From a virus (Duplodnaviria; Caudoviricetes), in the IMG/VR virus record IMGVR_UViG_3300033067_001544, positions 1 to 42,094 of that record: a DNA stretch of 42,094 bases; one strand, written 5' to 3'. This document shows positions 25,314 through 34,706 of this stretch, piece after piece. Both the position numbers and the translations under genes were made by a program. The notes beneath the pieces are model-generated. The model was given only the letters and a program-made list of their open reading frames with translations, was not told the origin of the DNA and did no database searches. Each line of letters begins with the position of its first letter. The first letter of the stretch is position 1.

Positions 25314-25910
25314 TTAAGATCCTCGGAGCATGGGTTTCCAAGTGAGCCCTTGATTAAAGAGTCCACCGTCACGCCAAACCAGCTGCACGGTGTCCGTCCA
25401 ATAATCGCAAGCGATAGTGATGATGTTGGGGCCTTTCCCTAAGTTCACGGTAACCGGGTCGGCTTGCACGGTGTTGCCGTCGTAGTCTTTGGAAAAGACG
25501 ATCGTGCCGTTGACCTTCATGACGATGCTTCCAATCCCCGGAGTGGCATTGCTGGCGTAATAGCCGAGATTGGCGTTCAGGGTTTGGGGTGCAGGAGCGT
25601 CGATGAGGAGGGAGAACCGGTATTCACCGTCCGTTCCCGCCACCGTCGCCATGAGACCGCCCACCGCCGTGGGATGAGCGTCGTAATACTTCGTGACGGC
25701 GGGAGCGTTGAAGTATGAATCCCAATCCGTCGCCACTCCGGGGAGCAATCTCCCGGCCCCCGCGTTGTCTAAGAACTCCACCTGCCAATACGGGGCAAGC
25801 GTAGGGGGCGTGGTCTCGGCCTGGGTGACAATGGGCTTTAGCCGAACCGGGGGCAATCCTTCGCCCACGACATCGGCCACAATGCCCGTCAGGTTGTTCG
25901 TATCGCTCAT
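25314..25910 (-). CDS. Hypothetical virion protein (beta-sandwich-like)
   Basis: 198 aa from MSDTNN; beta-rich with VNLGKGPNIITI; between ejection genes. Confidence 0.6.
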   Translation of the reverse strand: MSDTNNLTGIVADVVGEGLPPVRLKPIVTQAETTPPTLAPYWQVEFLDNAGAGRLLPGVATDWDSYFNAPAVTKYYDAHPTAVGGLMATVAGTDGEYRFSLLIDAPAPQTLNANLGYYASNATPGIGSIVMKVNGTIVFSKDYDGNTVQADPVTVNLGKGPNIITIACDYWTDTVQLVWRDGGLFNQGLTWKPMLRGS

Positions 25911-25914
25911 GGGA

Positions 25915-26607
25915 TTAACCCCACGGGCTCGCGCTGTCGTGTGACGTGCCGTAGTTGCCGTATGGCAAGTGAGCTCCGGTGCCGCCGCCCGACTTCTTGC
26001 CGAACAGGTTTCCGAAGATGTTTCCACCGCCGCCCGTGGCGAGTCCCAGCACGGAACCTAGGACTCCGCCAATCCCGCCCTGTGCGTCTTTCTCGGACTG
26101 CCACTGCTCACCCGAGCGCCGGAAGTTCTGGCTGTTGAGCGAGTTTGTAAACAGGCTATTCGCGGTGTCAAGCATGGCTGGGTGTTGCCCCTGGTTCACC
26201 GCGTTCATGATCGCGTTAAACATGGAGTTTTCACCCTGAGGCGAGTACACCTGAGCAGAGAAGTCGTTCCCCGCATCCGCCGCCTTGTTCATCTGGTCGA
26301 GCTGAGCGCCTTGCGCGATTGCGTCGCTTGCGCCCGCCGTCCGTAGGTGTTGCGCGATCTGACGCCCCATCTCTTTGGCGTTGGTATTCGCGGTGCGCTG
26401 GAATGAGTTGATAGCGCCTTGCCGGTCACCCGCACGCTTGATGAGGTTCGTGATATTGGCTTGCCGCGTATCTTCTAGCCCGGACGCGAACCCGAGTTCT
26501 TTCTGAATGGTTGGCAGGAGTTGAGCGAGAAGCAATCCCCAGTTATCGGGCTTGTTGGGGTCGTATTCATACTGGAGATTCAGGGAGTTGGGATCGTTCG
26601 TAATCAT
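25915..26607 (-). CDS. Small ejection/pilot protein
   Basis: Gln/Ala/Asn-rich with Gly-rich hydrophobic C-terminus GGIGGVLGSVLGLATGG; follows nozzle. Confidence 0.65.
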   Translation of the reverse strand: MITNDPNSLNLQYEYDPNKPDNWGLLLAQLLPTIQKELGFASGLEDTRQANITNLIKRAGDRQGAINSFQRTANTNAKEMGRQIAQHLRTAGASDAIAQGAQLDQMNKAADAGNDFSAQVYSPQGENSMFNAIMNAVNQGQHPAMLDTANSLFTNSLNSQNFRRSGEQWQSEKDAQGGIGGVLGSVLGLATGGGGNIFGNLFGKKSGGGTGAHLPYGNYGTSHDSASPWG

Positions 26608-26617
26608 GATGTTCTCC

Positions 26618-29164
26618 TTAGCCGGTGTATTCGAGACCGCCGCCGCGTAGCTTGTACGCTATGCGGTAAATCTTGGCCCCCGCTTTCAGGGGCAGAGTGA
26701 TCGTAAGGGACGCCGACGTGCCCGCCGCGTCCTCTTGGTCGGTTGACGGCGTAGGCTCCGTATCCCAGCGCATGACCTGGTTGGCGGTTCCTGGGTCTAG
26801 GTCTATCTGCGACGTGGACGAAACCCCCGTGGGCTTGTAGGTGCGGGTCACGCCACCAAGCCCGCCCGCGTTCCCGTCACACGCGACCGCCACATGGCCG
26901 ATGACGATGTTCTCCTCTGAGACCGTAGTCAAATCGCCAGGGGCGAACGTTACAACGATGTCGGTTGTCCCGAGGTCTTGGTCCTGAGTGGGGTCGTCAT
27001 ATTCAAAGGCTTTGAGCGCCGATGAGGAGGTGCCGAACGTGATAAGCCGGTGCGCCATGTCGGTATCGCTGTAGAACGAGCAGATACCGTCAATCGCCAC
27101 CGGAGGCGTATCCGTCACCCATCCGTCCCCGTCGTCTCTCCACACGAGGCCCCGCGTATTCTCTGTGCCCCCTGTCTCGGTGAAGAACAGGTAGTACATG
27201 TAATCGAAGCCGCATGCCACCGCGTAGCGTCTACGGGCCGCGGGGATGGCTTTAAGAAGGTCGTCCACCGTGTTCCGGGTCAGAATGCGCGATCCGCCGT
27301 TACTAAACGCTCTAACCTGCATCTCCGTGTCAAGGTAATAGAACGTGTCGTTCAAGACAACTGCCGAGTAAGGCGACACTGAACCGTGAGACGATACGAC
27401 ACCGAGATTTGAGAGCGTCGATACGGAGAGGCCACGGCTGGCAAGAACCTGCTTCTTAGTGCCAAAGAAGATGGTAGAGGAGCCGACGGTGGAACTCGAT
27501 AGCGCCTTTATGAACGTGCAAGGCTCGCCAACGTTGATGCTGGTGGGGCTCGATTCGTCAAGCTGATCGCCCACGAAACGCGGGAACTTCAAGAGTCTGT
27601 ACGGGTTCCCGTATTCCGAAATGTACACGTCGCCACCGGCAGACGCCGCCGCGCCAAAGAACGCTCTCCCCCTGACATAAGCGACCGCGCCACATGCCGG
27701 TGGTGCAACGTGATACCCGCTCGGTAGAAACTTCTCAAGCGTTGCGTAGCCTACGCTGTTGCTCAGTGCGGAAACATAGAGGAGCGCGCCCGCCGTCCCT
27801 GAACCGTAAGCCCATGCCGAACCGCTCCACGACGCGGTGCTTAGCCTTCCCACCCATCGATACTCACCGATTCCCGGTTCAGCGTAGTAGAAGTTCACGT
27901 AATCTACGCCGTTTGCCAGTTCCGCCGCCGTCACGTTCTTGATCGGCGCGGTGTAGTTCGCCATGAGAAGCCCGGAGCGTGGGAGCACGGCACCATTCAG
28001 AACCGGGCCACCCTGAGAGGCTACGGTTTGGGTCACATACGTCGAATAGACGACGCCGGGAGACTCTACACCTGAGTTGCTGCACTCGTTGGTCACAGCG
28101 AGGCCAAGATCGGCCCGTGCGTTCGTCCCATAGGTGTAGCCCATGAGGAAGATGTCTACGTACTGCGTGGTGCTCGGTGCTTCGGCAGTCGCGGCAACCC
28201 ACGTCAGAATCACATATTGGCGGCTGACGTTTGACTTCGGGTTCGGCCAGTTGAAGACCCAGAGCGTCCGGTTCGATGCGTCTACGCTGATCGGGATAGG
28301 CTCGGCGTAGCTTGAACGGTTCGTCGGGTCCCAAAGAACTTCACCCGAGTTTGATTCCAGTTTGAACTTGTCCCAGAGCAGGGTATACGAAGTGTCGATG
28401 CCGAGAACGAACTGACGATCAAGTGATGTTGACCCGTTGTTCACCGATGCCGCCGACTGACCTGAACACTTGATCGTGTCCCCGTTAGCGGTACCACTGC
28501 CAATCGTGATCCGCATCTGGAGGTTTGGGGAAGTCCCGTTATTGGCCGCCGTAAGGTTTGCGCCCGACGCAGTGTAAACGTTCGTGCCCTCAATCCCAAT
28601 CCCATACTCGATGATGTCAACGTGAACGGGAATGTCACGAATGGTGTCCTGCTGGAGTACCGTCTTCATCGGCGCGGTGTACGTTGCGCTCAATGCGCCA
28701 AGGTTGAGCACGTAGCCCGTACCATCGCAAGCAATCAGCACATCCGCCGCCGTCCCTGCCGCACTGGGCACCTTGATGAGCGCGAAACTTACCGGAGCAT
28801 TGCCCGTGAGCCGTGTATTCCCGAACCGTCCACTTGTCGCCGTCAGCTCGGTCCATGTGGAAAGGTCGGTCGTAGAGTAGATGCGAGTCTTTGACCCATC
28901 GTACACCGCGACCACCACGTATTCCGTGCCATTGATCGCGCCTGAGAAAACGCCTCTAAACTCGCCATCGGCAAGGATAGATGAGAGCGCCGCCGACATT
29001 CCACCGCGAGCGGTTGGGATTCGGTTGTTGCGTCTAAGGTTGTCAAGTTCCTTCCATTCGCCCGGTTGGAGAGCGAGCCCGTCAGATGCGGTCTTTAACG
29101 CGCCAAGCGTACATCCCTTCGTCCGCATGTCGAACAGCGGAACGTATTCGGGATCAATCCTCAC
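26618..29164 (-). CDS. Tail nozzle / stabilization protein (P22 gp10 / T7 gp12-like)
   Basis: ~850 aa beta-rich; N-terminal LQPGEWKELDNL...TARGG; late GSVSPYSAV..NDTFYYLD propeller-like motif; follows adaptor. Confidence 0.7.
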   Translation of the reverse strand: MRIDPEYVPLFDMRTKGCTLGALKTASDGLALQPGEWKELDNLRRNNRIPTARGGMSAALSSILADGEFRGVFSGAINGTEYVVVAVYDGSKTRIYSTTDLSTWTELTATSGRFGNTRLTGNAPVSFALIKVPSAAGTAADVLIACDGTGYVLNLGALSATYTAPMKTVLQQDTIRDIPVHVDIIEYGIGIEGTNVYTASGANLTAANNGTSPNLQMRITIGSGTANGDTIKCSGQSAASVNNGSTSLDRQFVLGIDTSYTLLWDKFKLESNSGEVLWDPTNRSSYAEPIPISVDASNRTLWVFNWPNPKSNVSRQYVILTWVAATAEAPSTTQYVDIFLMGYTYGTNARADLGLAVTNECSNSGVESPGVVYSTYVTQTVASQGGPVLNGAVLPRSGLLMANYTAPIKNVTAAELANGVDYVNFYYAEPGIGEYRWVGRLSTASWSGSAWAYGSGTAGALLYVSALSNSVGYATLEKFLPSGYHVAPPACGAVAYVRGRAFFGAAASAGGDVYISEYGNPYRLLKFPRFVGDQLDESSPTSINVGEPCTFIKALSSSTVGSSTIFFGTKKQVLASRGLSVSTLSNLGVVSSHGSVSPYSAVVLNDTFYYLDTEMQVRAFSNGGSRILTRNTVDDLLKAIPAARRRYAVACGFDYMYYLFFTETGGTENTRGLVWRDDGDGWVTDTPPVAIDGICSFYSDTDMAHRLITFGTSSSALKAFEYDDPTQDQDLGTTDIVVTFAPGDLTTVSEENIVIGHVAVACDGNAGGLGGVTRTYKPTGVSSTSQIDLDPGTANQVMRWDTEPTPSTDQEDAAGTSASLTITLPLKAGAKIYRIAYKLRGGGLEYTG

Positions 29165-29820
29165 CTTACCCCCCACGCGGGGAACTGGGCGCTAACGGTG
29201 CGTTTCGGAGCGAGGGGAACGCGGCTCCATGCTAACCGCTCTTCGCGCTTGTACGCCTCATCATAAAGGCCCTTGTAAAGCGCGTACCGCTTGGGCTCCT
29301 TCTCCGCGCAGAAACGAGCCACCGCCCCCCATACATAGACATCTGGACTCGCGATTCCCTTGGGTAAGTTGCCATCGCTGGTAAGTGCCTCATAACGCGA
29401 AACGTGAAGCCTCAGAACCGGGTATCCCGCCGATGTCGTATCAATCGGGGCCGGGATCATCGTCACAATCGGACCGGAGCTGTCACGCCATAAGGCCATA
29501 CGACCCGGCTGAGACGGGGCGGCATTGCGCCAACCGGGTTCTAGCGCGTCAAGCTGCTGAATATCCGTCATCAGAAGCACGCGCCGGTCAGTGGACGAGT
29601 AGAGCATTTCACCCGCCCAAATCACGAGGTCATCCTCGTTGTAGGTGTAATCCTGCTGGTTCGCCACCATGTTGATGTCCTCGGTGCGAGCATCGAGTGG
29701 AAGTTGGCCGACAAGATCACGGTGAACATCGTTTAGGTAGGCGACTTGGAGCGAGAGTGTGCTGAACTGCGGCACGGCGCGGGTCATCCTGGTAATGGCA
29801 TCAGCTACCGAAAAGCTCAT
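29161..29820 (-). CDS. Head-tail adaptor
   Basis: 219 aa; YLND.HRDL, PAP, YVWGAVARF..KE...Y patterns; precedes nozzle. Confidence 0.7.
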   Translation of the reverse strand: MSFSVADAITRMTRAVPQFSTLSLQVAYLNDVHRDLVGQLPLDARTEDINMVANQQDYTYNEDDLVIWAGEMLYSSTDRRVLLMTDIQQLDALEPGWRNAAPSQPGRMALWRDSSGPIVTMIPAPIDTTSAGYPVLRLHVSRYEALTSDGNLPKGIASPDVYVWGAVARFCAEKEPKRYALYKGLYDEAYKREERLAWSRVPLAPKRTVSAQFPAWGVR

Positions 29821-29822
29821 AG

Positions 29823-30107
29823 TTAGTTCCCGTCCTTGTCGTAAGGCGAATCAATCGCCACGTTGTCGCCGTCAATCCCGCCGAGCCCCGTGCGTAAGGT
29901 GTGAGCAGGGTTCCAAACATAGGTGAACTTGGTTCCCACACGGCCACGGATCGCGTCCATGTGGTTGATCGGCTCCGAGCGGCGGATAATATCACGATCT
30001 GGACTCGTCACCGTCGAAGTCGGGTCAAAGTGGAACGTGAGGTACCGCACCGTGCGGGAATCCTTCTCGCTCTCGTTCGGGATCGGAATGTACTGCGGCC
30101 TAACCAT
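29823..30107 (-). CDS. Hypothetical virion protein
   Basis: 94 aa, TAATG overlap with upstream gene. Confidence 0.6.
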   Translation of the reverse strand: MVRPQYIPIPNESEKDSRTVRYLTFHFDPTSTVTSPDRDIIRRSEPINHMDAIRGRVGTKFTYVWNPAHTLRTGLGGIDGDNVAIDSPYDKDGN

Positions 30108-30619
30108 TAGGTGAGTTGCCCCTTGACCTCATCCGAACCCGATTCCTCCGCTTCCATCGTGCCGATAGTTGCCGTGTTGCCGTAGTTCCGAAGGGTGAGA
30201 AGTCCCGTCGTGAGGTTTCGCGTGACCCGGTTAATGAGATACGAGACGCCTTGCAACCACCCTTGTTCGGGACGGATCACCGTTTGCGCCAGCCAGTGCC
30301 CGGTAAGTTCGGTCACGTTCCACGTCTTGATCTCAGCCGTCGCGTACACCGCGTTCGTGTTCGTCGCCACCACCAGAACATCAATCTGATTCGCGGTCAT
30401 GTCCGCCGCCGTGAGGTTGATGACGACGTACCCGGAAGTGCCGATTTCGGCTACCGTTCCCGCCGCCGACGCGAACGCCGCCCCATCCTTGGAAATGGTG
30501 AGCGCGAGCCCCGTAAGCCCACCCGTGAGCGGGTTGGCAGAAGCAGACGAGTAGATTACTGCGCCGAGTTGGAAGGCTTGACCCCGAACCGGGAAAAGTG
30601 TTGCGTTTGCTGTTGCCAT
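30107..30619 (-). CDS. Hypothetical virion protein (Ig-like/anchor type)
   Basis: LTISKDGAAF...VAEIGTSGYVVINLTAADM beta pattern; TAATG overlaps. Confidence 0.6.
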   Translation of the reverse strand: MATANATLFPVRGQAFQLGAVIYSSASANPLTGGLTGLALTISKDGAAFASAAGTVAEIGTSGYVVINLTAADMTANQIDVLVVATNTNAVYATAEIKTWNVTELTGHWLAQTVIRPEQGWLQGVSYLINRVTRNLTTGLLTLRNYGNTATIGTMEAEESGSDEVKGQLT

Positions 30620-31239
30620 TAGTTCTTCCTTGCCCGCGACCGGGAATCAGTGACCTGGTTGCCAAAGTTAGGCACCCTTACAAAACGACCTGCGAGCACA
30701 CTTGATGCACCGCCGCCGGTTCCTCCAGCCGAGTAATACACCCGCGCCCTCACGTAGTCGATCCACCGCTTACGGGTTGGGCTCTCAACATAGGATGGGT
30801 CGGTTGAGGCTTGGATTCCGAACCCGAACGACGTGTTGCCGCCTACGTCGATCCCCGCCCACGCATAACCGAGCGTGTCAGTTGGGCCGCCGAGTGTGAA
30901 ACTGGTGAACGTCGTAGAGAGCGGGTAACAGTTCGAGCCCGTGCCGAGTAGGGTTACAGCGTCCGCGGTGCCCTTTACGAGAATGCCGCCAACTGTAGGA
31001 GCAATGATTGCCGCGTCAAACCGGGCGACAATATTAATCTCTAGCCCTTCGATAACCTCGGTGCCCGTAAGTCCAAAGTCAAAGTTCGTGCAAAATAGCG
31101 GATCGGTTACCGGCGCATTGTGGGTAGCGTAAATCGTGAGCTCGTTGATGGTGACCGCGTTAAGTAGCGTCCCCGCATCAGAAGCAGTCCAACCCGTTCC
31201 CGTGACGGTTCGAGGAAGTGCCCATGGGGTAAATGGCAT
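30619..31239 (-). CDS. Putative tail fibre/receptor-binding jelly-roll protein
   Basis: TNFDFGL...IEGLEINI...GGPTDTLG.AW...FGFGI...IDYVRARVYYS followed by Gly linker. Confidence 0.55.
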   Translation of the reverse strand: MPFTPWALPRTVTGTGWTASDAGTLLNAVTINELTIYATHNAPVTDPLFCTNFDFGLTGTEVIEGLEINIVARFDAAIIAPTVGGILVKGTADAVTLLGTGSNCYPLSTTFTSFTLGGPTDTLGYAWAGIDVGGNTSFGFGIQASTDPSYVESPTRKRWIDYVRARVYYSAGGTGGGASSVLAGRFVRVPNFGNQVTDSRSRARKN

Positions 31240-31253
31240 TTAATGTAATCCTT

Positions 31254-31287
31254 AAACAAAGAGCCCCCACCGGTGAGGGTGAGGGCT
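31254..31287 (-). terminator. Rho-independent terminator after SGNH gene
   Basis: Minus strand AGCCCTCACC-ctcacc-GGTGGGGGCT-CTTTGTTT. Confidence 0.7.
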
Positions 31288-31309
31288 TGGTACTCCGGGA
31301 CGGTGTGAC

Positions 31310-31906
31310 TTACGACGTCACGTTCATGTAGCCGAGCGCGACGAGCTTGGACTGAATCGCGGGGACGATGATCGTAGAGATCGCGGTCGCCGTGCAGTGA
31401 AGCCCATCCGTTCTGAGCGTGTTGTTGTCGAGTGCCGACACGAGGTCAAGGAAGTTATTTGGATACGCCGCCGCGAGCGCCGCGTTCCTAGCATCTTGGG
31501 CGATACGCCATGCTGAACCCGCATCTTCGGTGCCATCGGTTTTGTTGATGTCCGAGATGATGAGGAACTTTCCGCCCGACATTCCCACGAGTAGCGCCAT
31601 TTGGGTGGCGTAGTTCTGGTTCGTTTCGCCAGAGTTCATACGGTCCCAAAATATGCAGACTCGCCCCCGGTAGAGTGTGTCTGCCGCCATCCTTGAGACG
31701 ATCGTGTTGATGCTATCTCCACCGACCCCGCCGTTGTACACCCGCCGATTGGGCGTGTATGCTGCAGCGAAAACATCGGCATATCCTGAGCCTGACGCCG
31801 TAAGTGAATCACCCCAACAGGCGAACTTGACGCGGTTGAAGTCCCACCGACGCCCGAGCGATGCCGTGCGTCCTCCGAATCCTCTAGAACGGGTTGAAAT
31901 AGCCAC
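31310..31906 (-). CDS. SGNH/GDSL hydrolase (virion-associated esterase)
   Basis: Block I CWGDSLT, block II NGGVGG, block III Asn (DRMN), block V DGLH. Confidence 0.85.
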   Translation of the reverse strand: MAISTRSRGFGGRTASLGRRWDFNRVKFACWGDSLTASGSGYADVFAAAYTPNRRVYNGGVGGDSINTIVSRMAADTLYRGRVCIFWDRMNSGETNQNYATQMALLVGMSGGKFLIISDINKTDGTEDAGSAWRIAQDARNAALAAAYPNNFLDLVSALDNNTLRTDGLHCTATAISTIIVPAIQSKLVALGYMNVTS

Positions 31907-33533
31907 CTCCGCCGCTCAGGGCCTTGTTCCGAGATGCGCCTAGCCCCTGGTAGTTAGCCCACGAGAGGCCAGGAAACGCGGCAGGTGCCCCAGCCGAGTT
32001 CAGCGCGCGCCCGGCAGCGCTATTGAGCCGGAAATCGGCATTCGGCCCGTCCACGAAGGCCGTAGACGTGTACGTGATCGCCCCTAGGTTCTGATAGTTC
32101 GGCACGGTGTCCGCTGTCACCTGACCGCTTGGATTGTTATAGTAGGCGTTGTTCTGGAGGAACACGCCGCCGTACGTTCCCGCAAGGGTGATACCGTAGG
32201 TCGTATTGGCCTCGAAAATGTTGTTCTCGATGCTGAGCGAGATTGGAGCCGAGGTGAGCGCGATCCCCGGCCCTGTGTTGCCGTAGAACGTGCACCCGCT
32301 AATCGATGAACTGACACACGCGCCACCGACCGAAATCCCTGCCGCGCCGTTCGTGTCAAAGATCGACCGAGTGACGCTGAATGTGCCGGTGGTCCAAGAA
32401 ATCGGAGTCACCGTGTTGTCGTGGAAATAGCAGGACGAAAACGACTGGAGCCCAGTGGACATCGCAATTGTTTGCGTGCAGTCCGTCATTTCAAACTCGC
32501 GCACCACGACTGAACCAAACGTCGTGGCCACCGAGCACCCCATGATCTTGACCCGGTAAACGATGCCCTGCCCGCCGCCGTGCGTGAACGCGCCGACGTT
32601 CGTGAAGTTAGCACGGTTGCCGTTGAATATCAGGTTCTGGATCGACGTACGCGAAGTTCCGGTTACGAGGAAGTTGCTCGCACCATTTACGCCCCACTTG
32701 AACTCAGGACGGTTTGCGGTCTGATCGCCAGGAGCGACATCGAACCCGCGGAGGATCGTATAGCCGCCCGCCGCGCCCGCAACCATCGTCATTCTCCCAA
32801 GCGCCGTGTTATTCGTGGTGTTCGTGCTGGTGAATGGCGTGGCGTTGTATTGGGCGAGAAGGAGGTTCCCGGCCACGTGATAGACGCCCAACTTGCCGAG
32901 CGTTGCAAACGCGCCACCCATGCCGCCCGTGCCACCTGAACCCGCGCCGGTAGTCATGTTGGCCGCCCCTAGGAACGTGCCGACACTTGCCGCAACCGAC
33001 GCCAGAACGTAGAGCCCCGCCGTGAAGTTGGTGCCCGCCGAGATCAGGATAGAGTTCCCGACCATCTGCTTGCCGATCGGGTTACCCGCCGAACTTGCCG
33101 TGAGCCCCGCGCCCGCCGAAGCGAGATCGGTGAACGCAATGCGCCGAGTGGGCATCAGCGAGTAATCGATGCTCCACGTCGCGCCCGTTGGACTTGCTAC
33201 CGACGCGCACCCGTCAAACGCCGAGATGCCGACGGGATAGAGGCTGTATTGCTCGTGGGTTGCGTTCAGAGTGGCCGCGTTCGCCGCAACCGACACGATC
33301 GTGTACCACCCGACGCGCCAGTTCGTTCCCGCCCCGATGAACACTCTCGCGCCCACGTCTCCGGCGACGAAATTGTACGACGCCGACGTGAACACAGGAG
33401 CGGTGGACGTCGCAAGTGTGGCCGCACCATCGGTGAACATTCCTGCGGTCTGTCCAGGATCGAACGCGCCAGAGTTGGCGGTATCGCTACCGCCGTTCTT
33501 CATGACAAAGTGAGTCGTCCCTGAAAGTGCCAT
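31884..33533 (-). CDS. Tailspike with right-handed parallel beta-helix
   Basis: Repeating xxNxFxxNxxxGI units (SGCTFYGNTGPGI, NNIFEANTTYGI), FVD..NADFRL ending. Confidence 0.75.
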   Translation of the reverse strand: MALSGTTHFVMKNGGSDTANSGAFDPGQTAGMFTDGAATLATSTAPVFTSASYNFVAGDVGARVFIGAGTNWRVGWYTIVSVAANAATLNATHEQYSLYPVGISAFDGCASVASPTGATWSIDYSLMPTRRIAFTDLASAGAGLTASSAGNPIGKQMVGNSILISAGTNFTAGLYVLASVAASVGTFLGAANMTTGAGSGGTGGMGGAFATLGKLGVYHVAGNLLLAQYNATPFTSTNTTNNTALGRMTMVAGAAGGYTILRGFDVAPGDQTANRPEFKWGVNGASNFLVTGTSRTSIQNLIFNGNRANFTNVGAFTHGGGQGIVYRVKIMGCSVATTFGSVVVREFEMTDCTQTIAMSTGLQSFSSCYFHDNTVTPISWTTGTFSVTRSIFDTNGAAGISVGGACVSSSISGCTFYGNTGPGIALTSAPISLSIENNIFEANTTYGITLAGTYGGVFLQNNAYYNNPSGQVTADTVPNYQNLGAITYTSTAFVDGPNADFRLNSAAGRALNSAGAPAAFPGLSWANYQGLGASRNKALSGGGGYFNPF

Positions 33534-33536
33534 GTC

Positions 33537-33851
33537 TTATCCCAAGTAGGTGATGTAACCGGTCGCCGTTCCGCCGTTCTGGATCGCCTTGACGAGTGCC
33601 GCGCGAGTTGAATCCATCCCAAACACATAAGGGACACCGGTATCACTGGCGAAATCCATTCCGACAGCGCCCGCAGTTGGCACCGTTGAACCGTCGAACG
33701 TCATCGTCAGCCCAGCCGTACGTATTGTGAGCCAGACCTGTTTTGTTTTCGTTGGCGCATTGGCGAAGATGTTCGCACTGGCGACGACGCTGGTAAGCGC
33801 CTCACATAACAATGGGACATAAACGTCGCCCAGGACTTCAACTTGCATCAT
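33537..33851 (-). CDS. Hypothetical virion protein
   Basis: 104 aa, TFDGSTVPTA..G motif, GGAG RBS. Confidence 0.65.
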   Translation of the reverse strand: MMQVEVLGDVYVPLLCEALTSVVASANIFANAPTKTKQVWLTIRTAGLTMTFDGSTVPTAGAVGMDFASDTGVPYVFGMDSTRAALVKAIQNGGTATGYITYLG

Positions 33852-33871
33852 TAGCGTGTCTCCGAATGCTT

Positions 33872-33901
33872 AAAACTTTGAGGCCCCCGGTCAAGGGGGC
33901 C
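33872..33901 (-). terminator. Terminator-like hairpin after head genes
   Basis: Minus strand GGCCCCC-ttgacc-GGGGGCC-tcaaagTTTT. Confidence 0.5.
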
Positions 33902-34008
33902 ATATCCCGGCGGGGGCCGCACGGAATCCGTTGGAAATGGGGGCCGGGACAAGACCGGCCCAGGTAGTAGGGTGGGGATTTGAGGGAGGCCACCCTTAGA
34001 GTTGGTCT

Positions 34009-34644
34009 TTAGGCTGCGGCGAATGTAACGCCAGAAGCCACGCCGTTCAGTTCAGAGATGCGGAGTTCCGTCTCCGACACCTGAGCAACCGAGCCCACGT
34101 TAGTGGTCTTGATCGTGAACGTGTTCGTAGCGCCGACTGCGCCTGCCACTGCGCCGAGAGTTAACGTAGATGTCAGAGTTGCCCCACCAGAAACGGTAGC
34201 GATCTGAGCACCGACGACCGCGCTGATAGCAGGGACGGCATTCGCCCCCGTCTTTCGCGCAACCGTGACGTACCACTTTGAGACACGGGTGGACTCATAA
34301 GCGTTTGCGCCGGTAAGCGTAGACCGAAGCAGAACCTCAAACACAGTTGACTGGTTCGAGTTGGGAACTGTGACCGTCACAAGGTCGGTAGCCGTGTTAT
34401 CCGCAATCGCGGTCTTTTTGATGATCGACGTGCTAACAACACCCGCGCCACTTTGGGACGTGCCGCCGAGGATGGTTCCCAGAGGAAACGCCACGCCGGT
34501 AGCGGTTGCCACAACGGTTTCAACCCCGCCCGCCATGAGCGAAACAGTGTCAGCCGCCGAGCTGTGGACACCGGTATTTGTGTCTTCGTTGAAACTGACC
34601 GTTGCCAGTCCTGAGACAAGTTCTTTCTTGGTATGAAGCGACAT
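34009..34644 (-). CDS. Head-associated structural protein (decoration/fibre-like)
   Basis: 211 aa from MSLHTK with GGAGG RBS; Thr/Ala/Val-rich; directly after capsid gene. Confidence 0.65.
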   Translation of the reverse strand: MSLHTKKELVSGLATVSFNEDTNTGVHSSAADTVSLMAGGVETVVATATGVAFPLGTILGGTSQSGAGVVSTSIIKKTAIADNTATDLVTVTVPNSNQSTVFEVLLRSTLTGANAYESTRVSKWYVTVARKTGANAVPAISAVVGAQIATVSGGATLTSTLTLGAVAGAVGATNTFTIKTTNVGSVAQVSETELRISELNGVASGVTFAAA

Positions 34645-34706
34645 ACACACCTCCAAGGTGCTAGCCCCCACTAGTCGCCATCTGTGGGGGCTGGGTCGGG
34701 GAGCGG

